From Nageia nagi (Eukaryota; Plantae; Pinophyta), in NCBI GenBank assembly GCA_050084985.1, contig JBITNC010000001.1, positions 80,910,001-80,974,000 of the forward strand: a stretch of DNA of 64,000 nucleotides, given 5' to 3'. The notes beneath the pieces were generated by a model that did not search any database, was not told where the DNA came from, and saw nothing but the letters and a program-made list of their open reading frames with translations. The stretch's first letter is position 1, and every line of letters begins with the position of its first letter. A program made the translations under genes and the position numbers. Below are positions 38,895 to 52,459 of this stretch, one piece after another.

Positions 38895-38973
38895 CTGCTA
38901 TTTGGGAGATTCTTCAGGGCATTGGGTACAAAACCTCTGTACAGACCAGTAACACCATCACGGGCAATTATAC
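38895..38973 (-). CDS. TAAC: Thylakoid/envelope ADP,ATP carrier, exon
   Basis: (G)IIARDGVTGLYRGFVPNALKNLPNS; GT/AG flanks. Confidence 0.92.
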
Positions 38974-41699
38974 CTTGTAAACATCATAAAACAGGCAAAA
39001 AGATTAAAGGTCTCCATGTCTTTTGAGCTCTACATCGAAAAACAGAACAATCCAACAAGATTAAATAAAGAACTAGATTGATTATCAGATTCAATATGTT
39101 TGTCAATTATCAACTGTGAAAAATAAAATTCCTCCAAAGAATCTGCAAGTTGAACTAGTTTTAAGGTTTAGACATCAAAATATGAGATGTTGGACAAAAG
39201 AGATGAACAAAAAATCGTTGAATTGCTTTTAGTTTTGGATATTGACGACCTCTTGGAATTATCAATAAAACCAGTTACATTGCATTGGGAGACAGTATAT
39301 TTAAAGGTATTCAAACTGGGCAGTGATGATCTATACAGTGATGACATTGGAATCAAATTGCAGCATGGAAATATGGTTAGTTTCTAAACTTTGTGGTCCC
39401 AAGATACATGAAGTTTCACCCATCCAGCAGTTAACGGGTGGTTGAGATATTTTATTACAATATTAAAGGCTTATGAAGGACATGAGCGAATAGTTCCGAC
39501 AAATAAATGTGATTAGACATCACATCGACTTTCAATACATGTTTTCAGGCCCATGGTTTTCACTTATGAAACAAATCACAATATCTTTGGTTTAGCTTTG
39601 AGCAATTGGTGCTAGAAGGAAGCAATTTCATGTGGAACTCTTTTCTGGTTAGTTGTCTTCATTTCTTCATTACACACATTGAATCGACTTCTTTTTTAAG
39701 TTCTCAGTTTGCTCTTTGCATCTATCTTGTTAGCATGTTTCTTGTCATCTATCATTCACACTAGTGATGCTTCATAGAAGTGACCTCACATGCTGTTGAT
39801 TTTAGGTCAATGTCCTCCCCAAATTTATTGGACATTTATTAGTATGTGAAAATTACTGTAAGCCACTGTTCATACTTAATCTATCACTTCACAGAGCACC
39901 ATCTGTCTATGTTCATTTTTATTATCCTCAAGCAAAAACTCCTCTACAATTTCTGACAATTGTTTTAGTGCCCTCACTGGTACTTGATGCTACAAGAGGT
40001 CAAGGTCAACATCATCCTCACTAATACAAAACCTTTATGCAAAATTATTCACTAGCAGTTCTTCATTAAATCAAAAAGTAGAGCAGTTGCTTAATACAAT
40101 GCCATCACTTTGTATGTCAGTACACTTCTCATATTGTGTTACAACCATAATTATAAGATTCAGACTCGGCCAAAACCCATTTGGCTTTTGATTCAGCAAA
40201 AAATAAAAACATGTTTTGACACAACAAAAAGAGTTCTCCAAAAAACTTGATAAAAATGGACAGAAAAAATAAAAATAGCGTAGTCAGGTGGTGGTCGCTT
40301 GTTTCAAGACACCCAACATGGGACTCATGATCATAATAAGAATAAAGTCCGTTTAATCACCATTTTCCCATTAAAAGACATTTTTCTTAACTCAACATTT
40401 TCCAATGAAACGGCATTTTTTTCTTTGGCCTACTTGGGAACCATGCTTTTTCCCCTTTTCTAGTCTTTTTCCCCACCTTTCCCCATTTAAAAATTTGTCC
40501 TGGAGCCATATTTTCATACATTGCTCATGGAGTCATGATTAACTGTCGATTTTTGCTGCTATAGTTGCAACATCCTAGTTCAACTATGAATGGCCTACCA
40601 AGTTTCAAGCAATGGGAATCTAGAAATATCGTTCAGGAATGTTTAGTATGCATGTTTCTTTTTTGTAATTTTAGATCTTGTTTTGTCAGTGCTCTCTATA
40701 AGGGGTATACCCTAATGATATAATTCTTAATTTCAGAAGGCCAACCCCTAATAATGTATGATCTCCTGGTTAAGGGATGGGACTATTTGTCAATCTCTTT
40801 GTAGATTGATTCAAAGAGTTGTTCATATAATTATGTTTTATCAAAGAATTGTCTTTTTCAGTCATCTCAGACCTCTTGATAAACGAGCAGATAAAAAGGT
40901 AATGTTAGAAAATAAGGATGTTAATATATTACTGCATAAATAGACATGCAAACTCTGTTTAAAAGATCCACTGAATAAAGGGAGGAAAGAATTAAATACA
41001 ATGATACAATATGATAAACCTTTGAAATTACTTCTTATATCAAGAATATCTTATGGTGACCCTCAAGAATGGCATTTGGATTTTGATGATACTTCTTAGA
41101 AAAGAAAGAAGATAACAGAATGATTTTCACTCTGTAGTACTCTTTTTATATTAAAAAAAAAAGACAAGATACTTGTATCAATTTCCAACAATGATTTTTT
41201 TCTTTTAGAAGGGAATGATGCAAATGTATTCTTGAGTTTAACCAATCTTTCATCACCCAAGATAATTTTATTGTTATTTGAAGGTGGATGCAATTGAGTA
41301 ACAGGTTGTAGGCAATTTTCTCAATAATAATCTAGGGTTGTGACATGCATAGTTTTGAAGTGTTTTCCCCTTGTTAAATATATCGAGCATACCTATTATA
41401 AACCATGTAAGGTGAAGCCTTTAATATTTAAATCAAAGGACTTTAGAAGGGGTAGGAAAGACTTTATAAAGGGCAGTAACATGGTGATATAGATGGCACC
41501 TACGGATTGTGGGCACTACTAGAAGGTGATTCCTCCTGAAAGAATCTATAGAAATGATGCCCCTCAATTTCATTAAGGCTGATCCCTTTAATTTAATATA
41601 AAGTCGGATAACCATAGCATGGAACAGGCCATCAATATATTAAGTCCAATTATTTTATTGAAGGGAAAAAACATAATATACATATAGTGCAAGGCTTAC

Positions 41700-44600
41700 C
41701 AACTAGGGGATGAAATGTCAATGCTGAATATAACATTTCCTGGGGTCCACCCATTACATGCCTTTTTCTTCAGTCCATTCACATTTCTAGAGATCAGTTT
41801 CCTCCTTTCAAATACTCAATGTTCCTCCATGCCTCTTACTTGGCAAGAAGGTGATCAATGAAGAAGTTAAGAGAAGATATCTATGGACAACACATTCAAG
41901 TTTCATAGATCTCACCGCCCTAAACCCTTAGCCCCAAAATGGCTTTTTGTGCCTAGCATTTCTTGCAAATTTAGGATGGGATCATCACTCATCCTAATTA
42001 TACTCAATGAAATTGAACTCAAAGCCTTTGAATCTTGTTGTGACTAACACAACACACCCCAAAATCCTGTGATTTTGGGGACCCTCAACAACTCGTGTCG
42101 ACGAAGTGTCATGTTTTTGTCTCATCCAATTCAAAAGACTTCGTATAACCTGGTTATCATGCCTTTTTATCCCAAGCCTAAGTATTATCATTCGCCTAGT
42201 CTTAGCCATGTCAAGTCAAAATCTGAAATCCCAAAAAATGGCTAATTCTAGGAAACCAAAAGTTGACCTTGGCAAATTAGGAGAACCAAGCCAAGTCGGA
42301 GCCGATTTAAGTGAAACTAGGCCACTCCTAGGCCCAGCGCATGCTTCAAAAAGACAAGTTTTTGTCTTTCTGGGATGTGCGCTCGGGTCTAGGGGCTGTC
42401 CAAACCAAAATCAAGTACAAGAAAGGCAAACTGGGCCACTCTTAGGCATCTTGTCTTTTGGAGGCATGCACTTGGATCTGGGGGCAGTCTGGATTGGAAT
42501 GGAGGATGAAGAAGGCAAGCTGAAGGCACTTCAAGTCAGACACATGCCTCAAAAAGATAATTTTGTCTTTTGGGAGCATGTGCTCAAGCTAAAAGGCCAC
42601 ACAGGTCGACACCAATTCCAGAAAAATTTGAAAATTTGGTTAAGTCCCACTTGCTAAGGCCCCAAAACAGGACAAATTGGGCAAGAGCAACCCAACACAT
42701 GCCTAAAAAAGACAAAATCTTGTCTTTCTGGAACATGTGCTTAAGTTGGCACGACTAGAGAGTTAGGAGCACCGTTTCAAAAGACAAAATCTTGTCTTTA
42801 TGTAGCATGCTCCTAAGGCAGGCAGATGCCCAATTTGATCTAATGGTGAAAATTGGCTAAGGCATGAAACTTTGAAGCTAGTATCCAACTCAAGCATGAT
42901 TGGAAAGTTGGGTGCACCGTTTCAAAAGACAAATTCTTGACCTTTTTGAAACGTGCGCTCAACTTGCCAGTTGTACCAATTGGAGCGCACCTGGTAGGAG
43001 TCCTGGATGCACCTAATGATGAAATTTGACAAGTTTGGGACCTGGAAAAGACAAATTCAAGTGATGCAAGGTCAAAGCAGACAAGTTGGAGAGCCAAGAC
43101 GATAAGAGTGCAAAGGACATGAAGCTCCAAGTTAAGCGCATGCTTTAAAAAGACAAAATCTTGTCTTTTCTAGGCATGCACCAGCCCCAGGAGCATACCC
43201 TCACCCCCACATCCAGTTTTCAGCAAGGAACTTAGAGATGGTGTGCAATTCAAAGATGATAGCCAAGTTCATCATCTTAGCTATTTTAATTTATTTTATT
43301 CTCTACAAAAATCTTTATATTCCGCAAAAGACTTTTATTATTATTATTTTATTCCCAAACTTGTGATGGATGAGGATTTGCTCCCACAAGTTTGGAAGAG
43401 ATCTTGTAATACCATGTGGCACTTTATTATTGGACCACATTTATCTTTCTTGGAACACATAATTAGAGTTTAGGCAACACTCTTGGTTGCTCAAAAAACT
43501 ATTTATAGCTCATTTGGGCTTATTGTAGGGGATTAGACATTAGATAAACTTAACTCTTATTTTCAATCAAACCAGTTGCTCCATTTGTGAATGTGGCATA
43601 ATTTCAAGCAAATGAATGGTGAATGCTATCATTTATGGAATCATGAACATGTGTTGAATGCCTTGTTGAATCCTTTGAATGAATGATATTGCTATATCTT
43701 GTTTGGCTTAAGTTTACTTGGTTCTTTTCATAAACCTTGTGAGGTGGATGAAAGAATTTGTTGAATACCATTTGAAGTGATCATTGAGTGATATATGATG
43801 TGCAGTAGTTCATGGCAGTGTTTTTCTTAATGGCTAATCATCGCTTACAAGAAAAAATTAAGATTTTAAGATTTTCAAATGGGCTAATATTTGGAGCCCT
43901 GAAAGGGTGGTCATTCGCCCTAAAATTACAAGAAAATATTAATTTTATGTATCTAATCGCCAAAACATCAACATATAGATGTATATGGTATGTATCCACT
44001 TATACCTTTTATTTTAAAGGCTATATTTTCACCCAAATTTTGAAACTAATTGGCCTTATTTTCTCCAAGTTTTTTTTGGGACCGATCCTTAGGAATAATG
44101 GTTTGCATGTTAGACTTGGGTTGTTTGGGATGACTTCTTTTGTGTCGCTTAGCACAAGAACTTCACTCCACTATTGAAGATTCACCCCCGATCTACCTTA
44201 TAGGCACCCTTGCCTATTGCTCCACGCTCCTTGCACTAATCCATTTGTGTAGTTGGTTAGTGATAAGGATAAGGAGTGCATGGAACTTGCATCAAGCTCA
44301 AAGGAAGTAGATCCCAATCCTTACACCATTCGGTGAGACCATATGCACTTGTGCCCAACTCATATACCATTGTCTAGTCTACCTTTTTCTTTTATTTTTC
44401 ACTTTTTCCCGCGACTTTCACAACCCGATTTTTACTTTTGTTTGAGAAACAACCATTTTTTGGAGACAAGGACACTTTGAGTCCTTGATTAACAAATTTC
44501 ATTTGAGTTGGAAACAGCTTTAAACATCTTAACGAGTCTCCTTAAGTCACTTCTTGCACATCCCATCACGAGACCTTTGAGGTAACCAGTCCTCATAGTG

Positions 44601-44960
44601 GGTAGGGGTCACGCCCTACGACCTAAATGTTGGTGTCTTCCATAAGCCTTGCAAACTAATTTGCCTATTTGTAGGGTTGGAAAGAAAAAGCCCCCAGCAA
44701 ATCTCACTAACCCAACTTACACTCCCACCCCTTGCAAGTGGAAACAAACCACCATATTCCCAAGAATGATAGGATTTGTCACCTTTGTTACCTTCAAGAA
44801 GTGGAACTAGAAGAACATTTCACCTTTCAATGCTCTATCTACTTGAAATTTGAGAGAGGTACTATTTCTTATTAAAAGACTAAGGAGGATCACTTTTCAT
44901 CTCCTCTCATTGCATAGCTTTACAGCTTCACGATCCAAGTACTCATAGCACCAAACCATG
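41700..44960 (+). mobile_element. LINE 3'-end remnant interrupted by a solo LTR (boundaries approximate)
   Basis: After the LTR: LHSHPLQVETNHHIPKNDRICHLCYLQEVELEEHFTFQCSIY, the CCHC-type C-terminal motif of non-LTR ORF2. Confidence 0.6.
42036..44699. mobile_element. Solo LTR (2664 bp) of a gypsy-type retrotransposon
   Basis: Ends TGTTG...CAGCA; exact 5-bp TSD AATCT at 42031-35 and 44700-04; no internal coding domains. Confidence 0.85.
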
Positions 44961-45520
44961 AAAGAGGTCTCAAACACCAATAGATTACTCACCTCCTTTC
45001 TGACCCATGTTTTTGTTTAGAAATTAGAATACACCTATGTCGCTGTAGACACTTAAAATTGATACTTTCACTTTTCTAAAATAACTTTATTTGGCTGATT
45101 TTCTTGATCAGATTTCCACAATCCACCCAAGCCCAATTAATCCTGATCACTCTCCAATTGGCTCATTTGGGACACTTGATGTTGACTGCAGGCTTCCGCC
45201 ACTCAGCATTCCTGTGTTGCTTCCTCACAAAATTTTGAATAATATCTTCTGATATCATTACTGCTGAGTGAGTTAGGGAAGTTAAATCAATCAGCGAGTT
45301 ATGGAAATTACTCAATCCAAAGTATCAGGTACCTCAAGAGCCCAGATATGAAGAACTGTACACACACCTTTTCTAGTCTCTATGACTAAATAACTTTTAA
45401 CCATATCTACTTTTCGTTAAGCAAAGAAAGAAACATAAGTGCTACAAAGGAATTTGTAGGAAACCAAAAGTTTAAGAAAGGATATTCTTCCTCGATCATT
45501 GAAAAGCAAAGTATTGATAC

Positions 45521-45690
45521 CTGGAAAAGCATCCAAAACAGTTCTGTATGGAGAGGCCCTCATTTGCATCTGTCGCCTCACAGTGTCAAGAGGGTAGCAC
45601 ATAATTGTTGCAAAAGAGGATGAAATAATGGCAGTTATAAAGGATGCCTCTGCTTTCTTCCTAAACTCCTCTGGGAAGGCCTTCTTCACT
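45521..45690 (-). CDS. TAAC: Thylakoid/envelope ADP,ATP carrier, exon
   Basis: VKKAFPEEFRKKAEASFITAIISSSFATIMCYPLDTVRRQMQM..LDAFP; carrier signature PxDxxR and RRQMQM. Confidence 0.95.
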
Positions 45691-45939
45691 CTGCCATTTG
45701 AACAAACAACTAAGTAAGACCCTATAGTTTCAACCCAAGAAGTAAAAATTTTGCGAAATTCAGCTACCTGATCAGGCCAATTTCACTCATTTAGTTCTAA
45801 TTTTTTTCATCTAGTTGAGGATCCTACTTCAATTTTGGATTATGATGGATATCTATGTTGCAGAAAACAGATTTCAGCATGAACAGTTGCTTTAAGAATG
45901 GTGAGAAAAACAAATTCAACAAACTAAATAGATACTTAC

Positions 45940-46052
45940 AAGTCAAAAACACAAAAGTTGACAGCAATGTAGGGTGCAATGCCAATAAGTGATGGTCCAA
46001 GACCTCTATAAAATGATCCAATTCCTTCCTCTCTTAACATATTCATTGCAAC
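45940..46052 (-). CDS. TAAC: Thylakoid/envelope ADP,ATP carrier, exon
   Basis: VAMNMLREEGIGSFYRGLGPSLIGIAPYIAVNFCVFD; GT/AG flanks. Confidence 0.95.
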
Positions 46053-46139
46053 CTGCAAATTAAGAAAAAGAAGGCAACTACAACTTTAGAGGCAAATAAT
46101 AACACTAGATCAACATGAAAAAAACAATACTTAGATTAG

Positions 46140-46333
46140 CAAAGTTGACTAATTCTCCAAATATTCGTGAATTTACAGGGGGGGCGAATTTTACTGAATA
46201 TTAAAAATTCTTGCCTTCTATAGTATTTTTGGCATTTTTTATCTGAATTTGCCGTACTCCTCCCGAATATTCCCCAAATTTTAAAATTTGGTCCCTAGCC
46301 GAATTTTTCCCGAATCTGAATTAATCAACTATG
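46140..46333. mobile_element. Small hAT-like MITE (194 bp)
   Basis: TIRs CAAAGTTGACTAATTC / GAATTAATCAACTATG; flanks gattag/gattaa; internal CGAAT motifs. Confidence 0.65.
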
Positions 46334-48297
46334 GATTAACATCAATATTTGGTCATCCATGAGTGTGTGTGTCTTTTTATGATGGTTCAAATTACTGGCC
46401 AAGACAAGGCAAATTATCATTAAGTTGAAGTGAAGAATGATTACAGTTACAGTAAGAATTCTTCTTCTTCTTAAACAGGCTTGTTGCATCATTTGTTATG
46501 ATCTTAGGAATCAGCAGATATGGAGAGCCACAAGGAATGCCGGCTGCAGCAGAAAGCATATGGTCTATTATGCATTTGCATTGAAAACCATAAGCATCCA
46601 TGGAAAAGTGTGACAAAATCTTCCGGATAAAGTCTTAAGGTTTTGGAAGTCTTCCACCAGTCAAATATTTGACAATGTCACAGTAGCACCAACAATAAGT
46701 GAAGACACGATGGAATTTCCCAAAGAAGGCAAGGCCCAATTTAAAGGGCAAATAGTTAAGAGATTGGAACATAGAGGGCAAATAGTTAAGAGATTGGTGC
46801 ATCAGAGGCATATAGAGCATAACACATAGAAGTATTCATTTCAAAATGCAAACCCCCATGAGCATTTTTAGATGCAAATAGGAGATAGCCAGCACACATG
46901 AATAACAGGCACAATTGTTGTTATGATAGATGTCATAGCTTTTTAAGGTTTTGGAGAGATTTAAATCTCAACAGAAGTTTTTTATTTTTGCCACACAAAG
47001 AATCAGGCAAGGATCATTTAGAAACCCCAGGACAATGTACTTTTTCTAAGCCCTGGAGAAAAGTCCAAAATTCATGTATAAAATAATCAACAACCCAGGT
47101 GGTTGGTATTTATGACAAGGATAGCTCAGAGATTCAAAATCATCAAAGGTGCAACATCTTTTGCACTTTAAGAAAAGGCAAACACAGTCATGAGATTTGA
47201 AACAAAACAAATATAGTGGTTTTTCAGCACCAAGCTTTCATGGTGCAATTTATTTAATGATAATCTAAACATTCTCAACTGGTTAACATTCTATTCCCTG
47301 GTCCAATCAAATAACATTTCTCATCTTGACCTCATCTAAGGTGCTCACTCCTTTCTTTAGGTTTTAGCTTCACAAATTCCGAGAACCATAATGAAAATAA
47401 GAAGAATGTATCTTCAAACAGTCTATTTTTTGGAGTGTGACCTGTTGTCAATGTTCTGCACAAATATCACAGATGAGCATGCTCTACAAAGCACAAACAG
47501 CATATCTGTTAAAAGTCCAGCATCATACCTTTGCCTATTAAACAATCTTTGTACTCTGTCAACTAATAGATAATAAGTTTGCTCATAGTTTAGAAAGCAC
47601 TAAATTGAAAATTCTTATAGATGAACATATCTAACAGAAATAGAAGCATAGATCTGTATCTTCACAGAATTCTGATATAAAATTAGGTTTTCTTACCATA
47701 GAGGACAAAAGAGAAACAATTTCACTAGAGGTGAAACCTTGAAGACTATGAAAATGGCAATGGCACAGGTATATCGATTACATGCCAAGCCCTTTGAAGA
47801 ACTAAATTTCTGAGTACCAAGTTGTTGAGAAGTCATGGAAGCCATTACGTAGCAATAGCAGAATTCGTGTTATCCATGGTAGCCCAATTTGTCATTGTAA
47901 CAAGAAAAATTAGTATAAACATAGCTGCCAAATGGTGAGTTGAGAGGTCACATAATGCTGTAGATGACCATGCAAGTCATGTCTATCAGCATTTGTAAAA
48001 TAATTGAGGCAAGCCAAGGTTTACTTCAATAAACATTCTGAATGTGATTGTAATTTTCTTTTAGAGTTCGATGTAGTTGGTGATTCAGATCAAATAAAAT
48101 GAAGGTTATTTAGGTCCCCAAGGGCTAGGAGAGCTACTAGATTCCTATTCATTTGCGACAGAAAAAAGTAAATAACTAACCAAGACAAACTAAAACTCTG
48201 CACTTAGTATGTCTTTTTACTTTGTACTAAAAGTTTTATTTCAAAATTTCAAAAAAATGATAAAAAGAACTATGATTTCTCTCTGATAAGTTAGTAC

Positions 48298-48366
48298 CTG
48301 GCTCATAGTTCTGCAGGCTGGATCAACAGCCAAGCGTAAACGTAGGACATCTAATGGGTACGTAGC
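48298..48366 (-). CDS. TAAC: Thylakoid/envelope ADP,ATP carrier, exon
   Basis: ATYPLDVLRLRLAVDPACRTMSQ; 69 nt, GT/AG flanks. Confidence 0.95.
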
Positions 48367-48516
48367 CTGTTGAAAGACATTGTAAAATTGTCAGAAGACA
48401 CTAATTAAGACTCAATCTATCATACCGAACCATGGAAATGAAATAAATGCCAAAGAAATAGTCTATTACTTAGTTTGATTAAGTCACAACCTAGGAATCT
48501 GAATTTTAAAACTTAC

Positions 48517-48600
48517 TAGAGTAGAAGTCATGCCCGCACAAGCTCCTGCCACTAGCCTTCCCAGAACAGAAAGCTCCATATCTTTCCCTTTGAATAATTT
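48517..48600 (-). CDS. TAAC: Thylakoid/envelope ADP,ATP carrier, most 5' exon in the window (upstream exons lie beyond 64000)
   Basis: KLFKGKDMELSVLGRLVAGACAGMTSTL; 84 nt, GT/AG flanks. Confidence 0.95.
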
Positions 48601-49751
48601 CTACACCAGAAAAACCACAAGATCATTAAGCTACAAGGAAAGCAAAAGCAAAGAATAGCATATATAAAAGCTAAATATCATCTTGTAAATATTTAAAATT
48701 AAGATGATCCCAATGATAGCTGAAATTGAGAAGTTTAACAAAATAGAGGAAGTTATTCAGAGGCAAAATGGTATAATGAATAATCCGAAAGACCCTTACT
48801 TCAAGACAGGTCTGTGTCTAGCTAGAAATAATGAACCAGAATATTATGTGGCCATGGAAGGTCTAAAAATTAGCTTTATTTAGAGGGCAGTTACTTTTGT
48901 AGATCAGAAGTGAAGTCCCTTCAATCATCAACTCCGTAAGGGAAACAAAATGAATAAAAAATTAGAACAGTTAATCAAGATACATACTTGGAGAAAGCTG
49001 GATGCATAGATTAGAATAGAAACAAAAAGTAATAATCTTGCTCCTTTTTTCTCTTTCCCACTTGCTATTTTATTTAGGAACTCTTATCTCTAAGGACAGA
49101 GTAGGATCCCAAGGTGGGTGAAATCTTTTAGGACATCATGGGTACATTTTGCTATGTTATTTAGTAACTCTTATCTCTAAGGACAGAGGGCGATGTGATG
49201 TCCCCCTTGTTCTATAGTCATTAATTGTACGATCCGGAAGGATCTACTTGTAATATACTCTTCTTATCAAGGGTCCACCAGAGCATGCTCCAGGATTTCC
49301 CGGACATGCTCTGATCGATCCAGAGTGGATTGGGAACACCCCCCTACCATCTGGAGCGTCCAGCTGCTTCGGCGGCAAAAACAAATTGCCCCAGTTTTTA
49401 AAAAAAAAAAAAAAAGCTTAAAACTTGAAATAAAATGAATGGGGGTGGGTCCCACTCATGCCCCCACTCCCCCCAAACCCTGAAAGGTGACTATAACCTC
49501 CCAATCTTAGTTTCTATTCTCCTATTTTTTGTGCAGCCCAAACAAAAAAACAGTGAGGAAGAAAAAGCACAGCAGCAAGGAAGAGAGGACTAAGAGGAGT
49601 GAAAAAGGAAAAACTACAGCAGGAAGGAGGACAACAAGGTAGATTTTCTTTCTCTCTCTTTCTTACTTGTTAGATTCTTCAAAATTTTAGATATTTTAAA
49701 GAGTTTCATTTTGATTTTAAATTTTCTTTTTGTCCAGAATCCAAAATCAAA

Positions 49752-50923
49752 ATGGATAGTGATAGTGAGAGTTTTGTTCTTGGAAATGAAAGTGGAAGTG
49801 AAGAAGAAATTGAAATCCAAAATGTAAACATAAATATACATCATGTACAAATTCAACAATCACAAACTTCTAGGGGCAGCAGTTCTGGTACAATCAGTTT
49901 TGATTGTCCTTCTATGTTGTTAAAACCATTTGCTATAGGACCATTTAATTCCAAAAAACCTCTACAGCAATTTTTTAGAAATGATCCCATGGCAAAAAAT
50001 ACTTCAAGTTCAACCGGAGGAGGGAAAAAAGTAATTTGTAATTTTTGTTCAACCGAATTTACAAGAAGCTATACTAGGCTAGATGCAAACCTCTCACATA
50101 AAACAGGGTGTGGGGTGAGAAAGTGTCCAAATGTAAACAAATTTCAGCTTGCAAAAATTATAAGGGTTACACATATGGGCACTAAACCTAATTTAAAAGA
50201 ACAAAGAAATTAAAATACTTCATCTAACCGCCCTACTCCTAGCCATCCATCTCCCACTACCGATCCATATGCATCTTCTTCCACACACCTTACTTCTTCT
50301 AGTTTACTAAACCCTACATTGCCTCCATCAAGAAAAAGAGGGAACATACATGATGCATTTAATATACAAGCAAAAGAAATTGTTAATGATGCTTTGGGTT
50401 TCTTTTTTTATGCACATGGGCTGCCCTTCCATCTTGCACAGTCACCCTATTTCAAAGATACATTTCAAAGGTAAGGGAAAGAGAGCCTTCATTTGTTCTT
50501 CTCGGAGAGACTAGAATTTATACTAGTCTTTTGGAGAAGCATTATATTAAATGTACTTTGATGATGCATACAATGAAGACATCATGTGTGCATAATGGGT
50601 GTTCCATAATGATGGATGGATGGGCTGACATTCGTCAGCATCCACTCATCAATATAATTATTACATGTCCAGATGGTCTTTTTTTTCTTCGAGCTATTGA
50701 TTGCTCTAAGAAGAAAAAGGAATTGGAGTTCCAGTTTCATCTTTTGAAACAAGCTATTGAGGATGTTGGCCCATCCAATGTTGTGCAGGTAAAATTATTT
50801 TGCTATTTTATTTTCAATTTTATAGTATTTAATAATTTAAACTTTTCATTTTATTTGTTTTACTTTTAATTTTTCAATATTTAATATTTTAATTTTAATA
50901 TTTTGATGTCTTGTAGGTCATTA
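49752..50923 (+). pseudogene. hAT transposase, 5' part (BED zinc finger plus DUF659-like region), intron 50789-50916
   Basis: VICNFCSTEFTRSYTRL..RKC; FFYAHGLPFHLAQSPYF; CSIMMDGWADIRQHPLINII..AIEDVGPSNVVQ. Confidence 0.9.
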
Positions 50924-52459
50924 TGATGAGTAAAATATTGGTATTCCAAATTCCACCAGGGCTGTCACTACCCTTCCCTTAGTGATCCTTTCACCTATTA
51001 TCGTGAAAGGACCAATTAACTCATAGAGCTGGTACTCCAACACTCACGGCAGATTTTAGTTTCCTCTCACTAGTCTTGGAAGACAATATCTGACTTCTTC
51101 ATTTAGTTAATCAATCCGAGTGGTGTTCAAGGCTATATGCTATTGAACTCTGTTCTCTCAGCTGTATCTACTTCAAGTAAACATTGCAGAAAGCAAATAT
51201 GCAAAATGGAAAGTTGCAAAATTGAAAGTACAGGAATCTTAAATGCTGAAAGAAATATACACTTGAAATCATCACACTGAATGTAAACTCACACCTGAAT
51301 TAGAAGAACAGTAAAATAAAAGTGTTTTCTACCATTTGGAGTGGGCCCTTGCTCCTCTTGGTGGAAGACTTAGAAGAACTCAGAACTGGAAACTCTTAAC
51401 AGATCACTCTATTATTGCATACAATTTGTCTTGCACAGAATGTGCTTGACGAATCTAATACAAAGTTTTATTCTTAACAGTCTACACACAATACTTCCTT
51501 AATCTTCTAACACCCCCCCCACCGTCAACAACTGAGGTATAAATATCCTCTGTTGTTTAACAATAGGCTGGCCAAGAATAACGATAATCTGAACAATATT
51601 CTGTTATAGAAAACAAAATCAGTTATTCTACCAGCTAGCTAATGCTAAAATTAACATGCTAACAGTGCCCACGTCTTATCTAAGGAGAGCTGCAATCTCT
51701 TAAGAAAAGGGTGGCTCATCTCAACAAGTCAGCAATATCCTATTTACATCATAAGTAGTTTATTATGCCTAATTTAGAGTCAAACATACTCCATAAAACA
51801 AGAAGCATATCTGACTATATCTAATGTGTTGGAGCCATGCTTCCATATACTATATCTGGAGCAGTTCACATCACGTAAATATCTGGATTATACAAGGATG
51901 GAATAGAGCTGACAATATAGTCAATAATGACAGTCAATTTTTCAAATTTGGGTCTAGAGCGAGAGCTCCAGACGAGCAGACGAGTGTGAAATAGAAGCTC
52001 CTGACGAGTGTGAAATAGAACTTCCAGAAGAGTCTGGAATAGAAGCTCCAAGCAAGTATGGAACGGAAGCTCCGGACGAGTCTGGAACGGAAGCTTCGAA
52101 CGAGTTTGGAACAGAAGCTCCAAACAATACAACTCCACTTTACCAAATGAGGCGTCCAATGTGTCCGGAGCAATGCATACAAGTGCAAAATCTGTTTAGA
52201 ATACTTTCTAACAATACTTGCAACTCATCCGAGTTATCAACCATCATTCCATGGAGCAAAGAGAAGCATTTTGGTTCAAACAAACACACAAAATAGAATC
52301 AGTATGCATAAAATACTAATATAAGGAAAGTATGCATTTAACCATATATTAAGCAACTAAATAGTCCAACAGTTACAATTAATCCGTCCCATAATGTCCA
52401 AATATACAAAATGAACCATCAAACTGTGCCAAAAACAAGGTAATTACTGAGACTCATCA
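50924..52459 (-). repeat. 3' LTR (1536 bp) with internal 24-bp tandem repeat
   Basis: Direct repeat of 62064-63571. Confidence 0.96.

Noticed and set aside
40140-40590. Nested small MITEs in the carrier intron
   Set aside because: Suggestive motifs, but I could not define matching TIRs and a TSD
42106-43130. 183-aa and neighbouring ORFs as genes
   Set aside because: They lie in the GC-richer part of a solo LTR and have no recognisable domain
45417-45689. Standalone 90-aa ORF
   Set aside because: It is one carrier exon reading through the GT donor at 45520 into intron
51960-52190. CRISPR-like array or ORFs 51866-52159 and 51934-52188
   Set aside because: Head-to-tail 24-bp tandem repeat without unique spacers inside an LTR; the ORFs are repeat by-products
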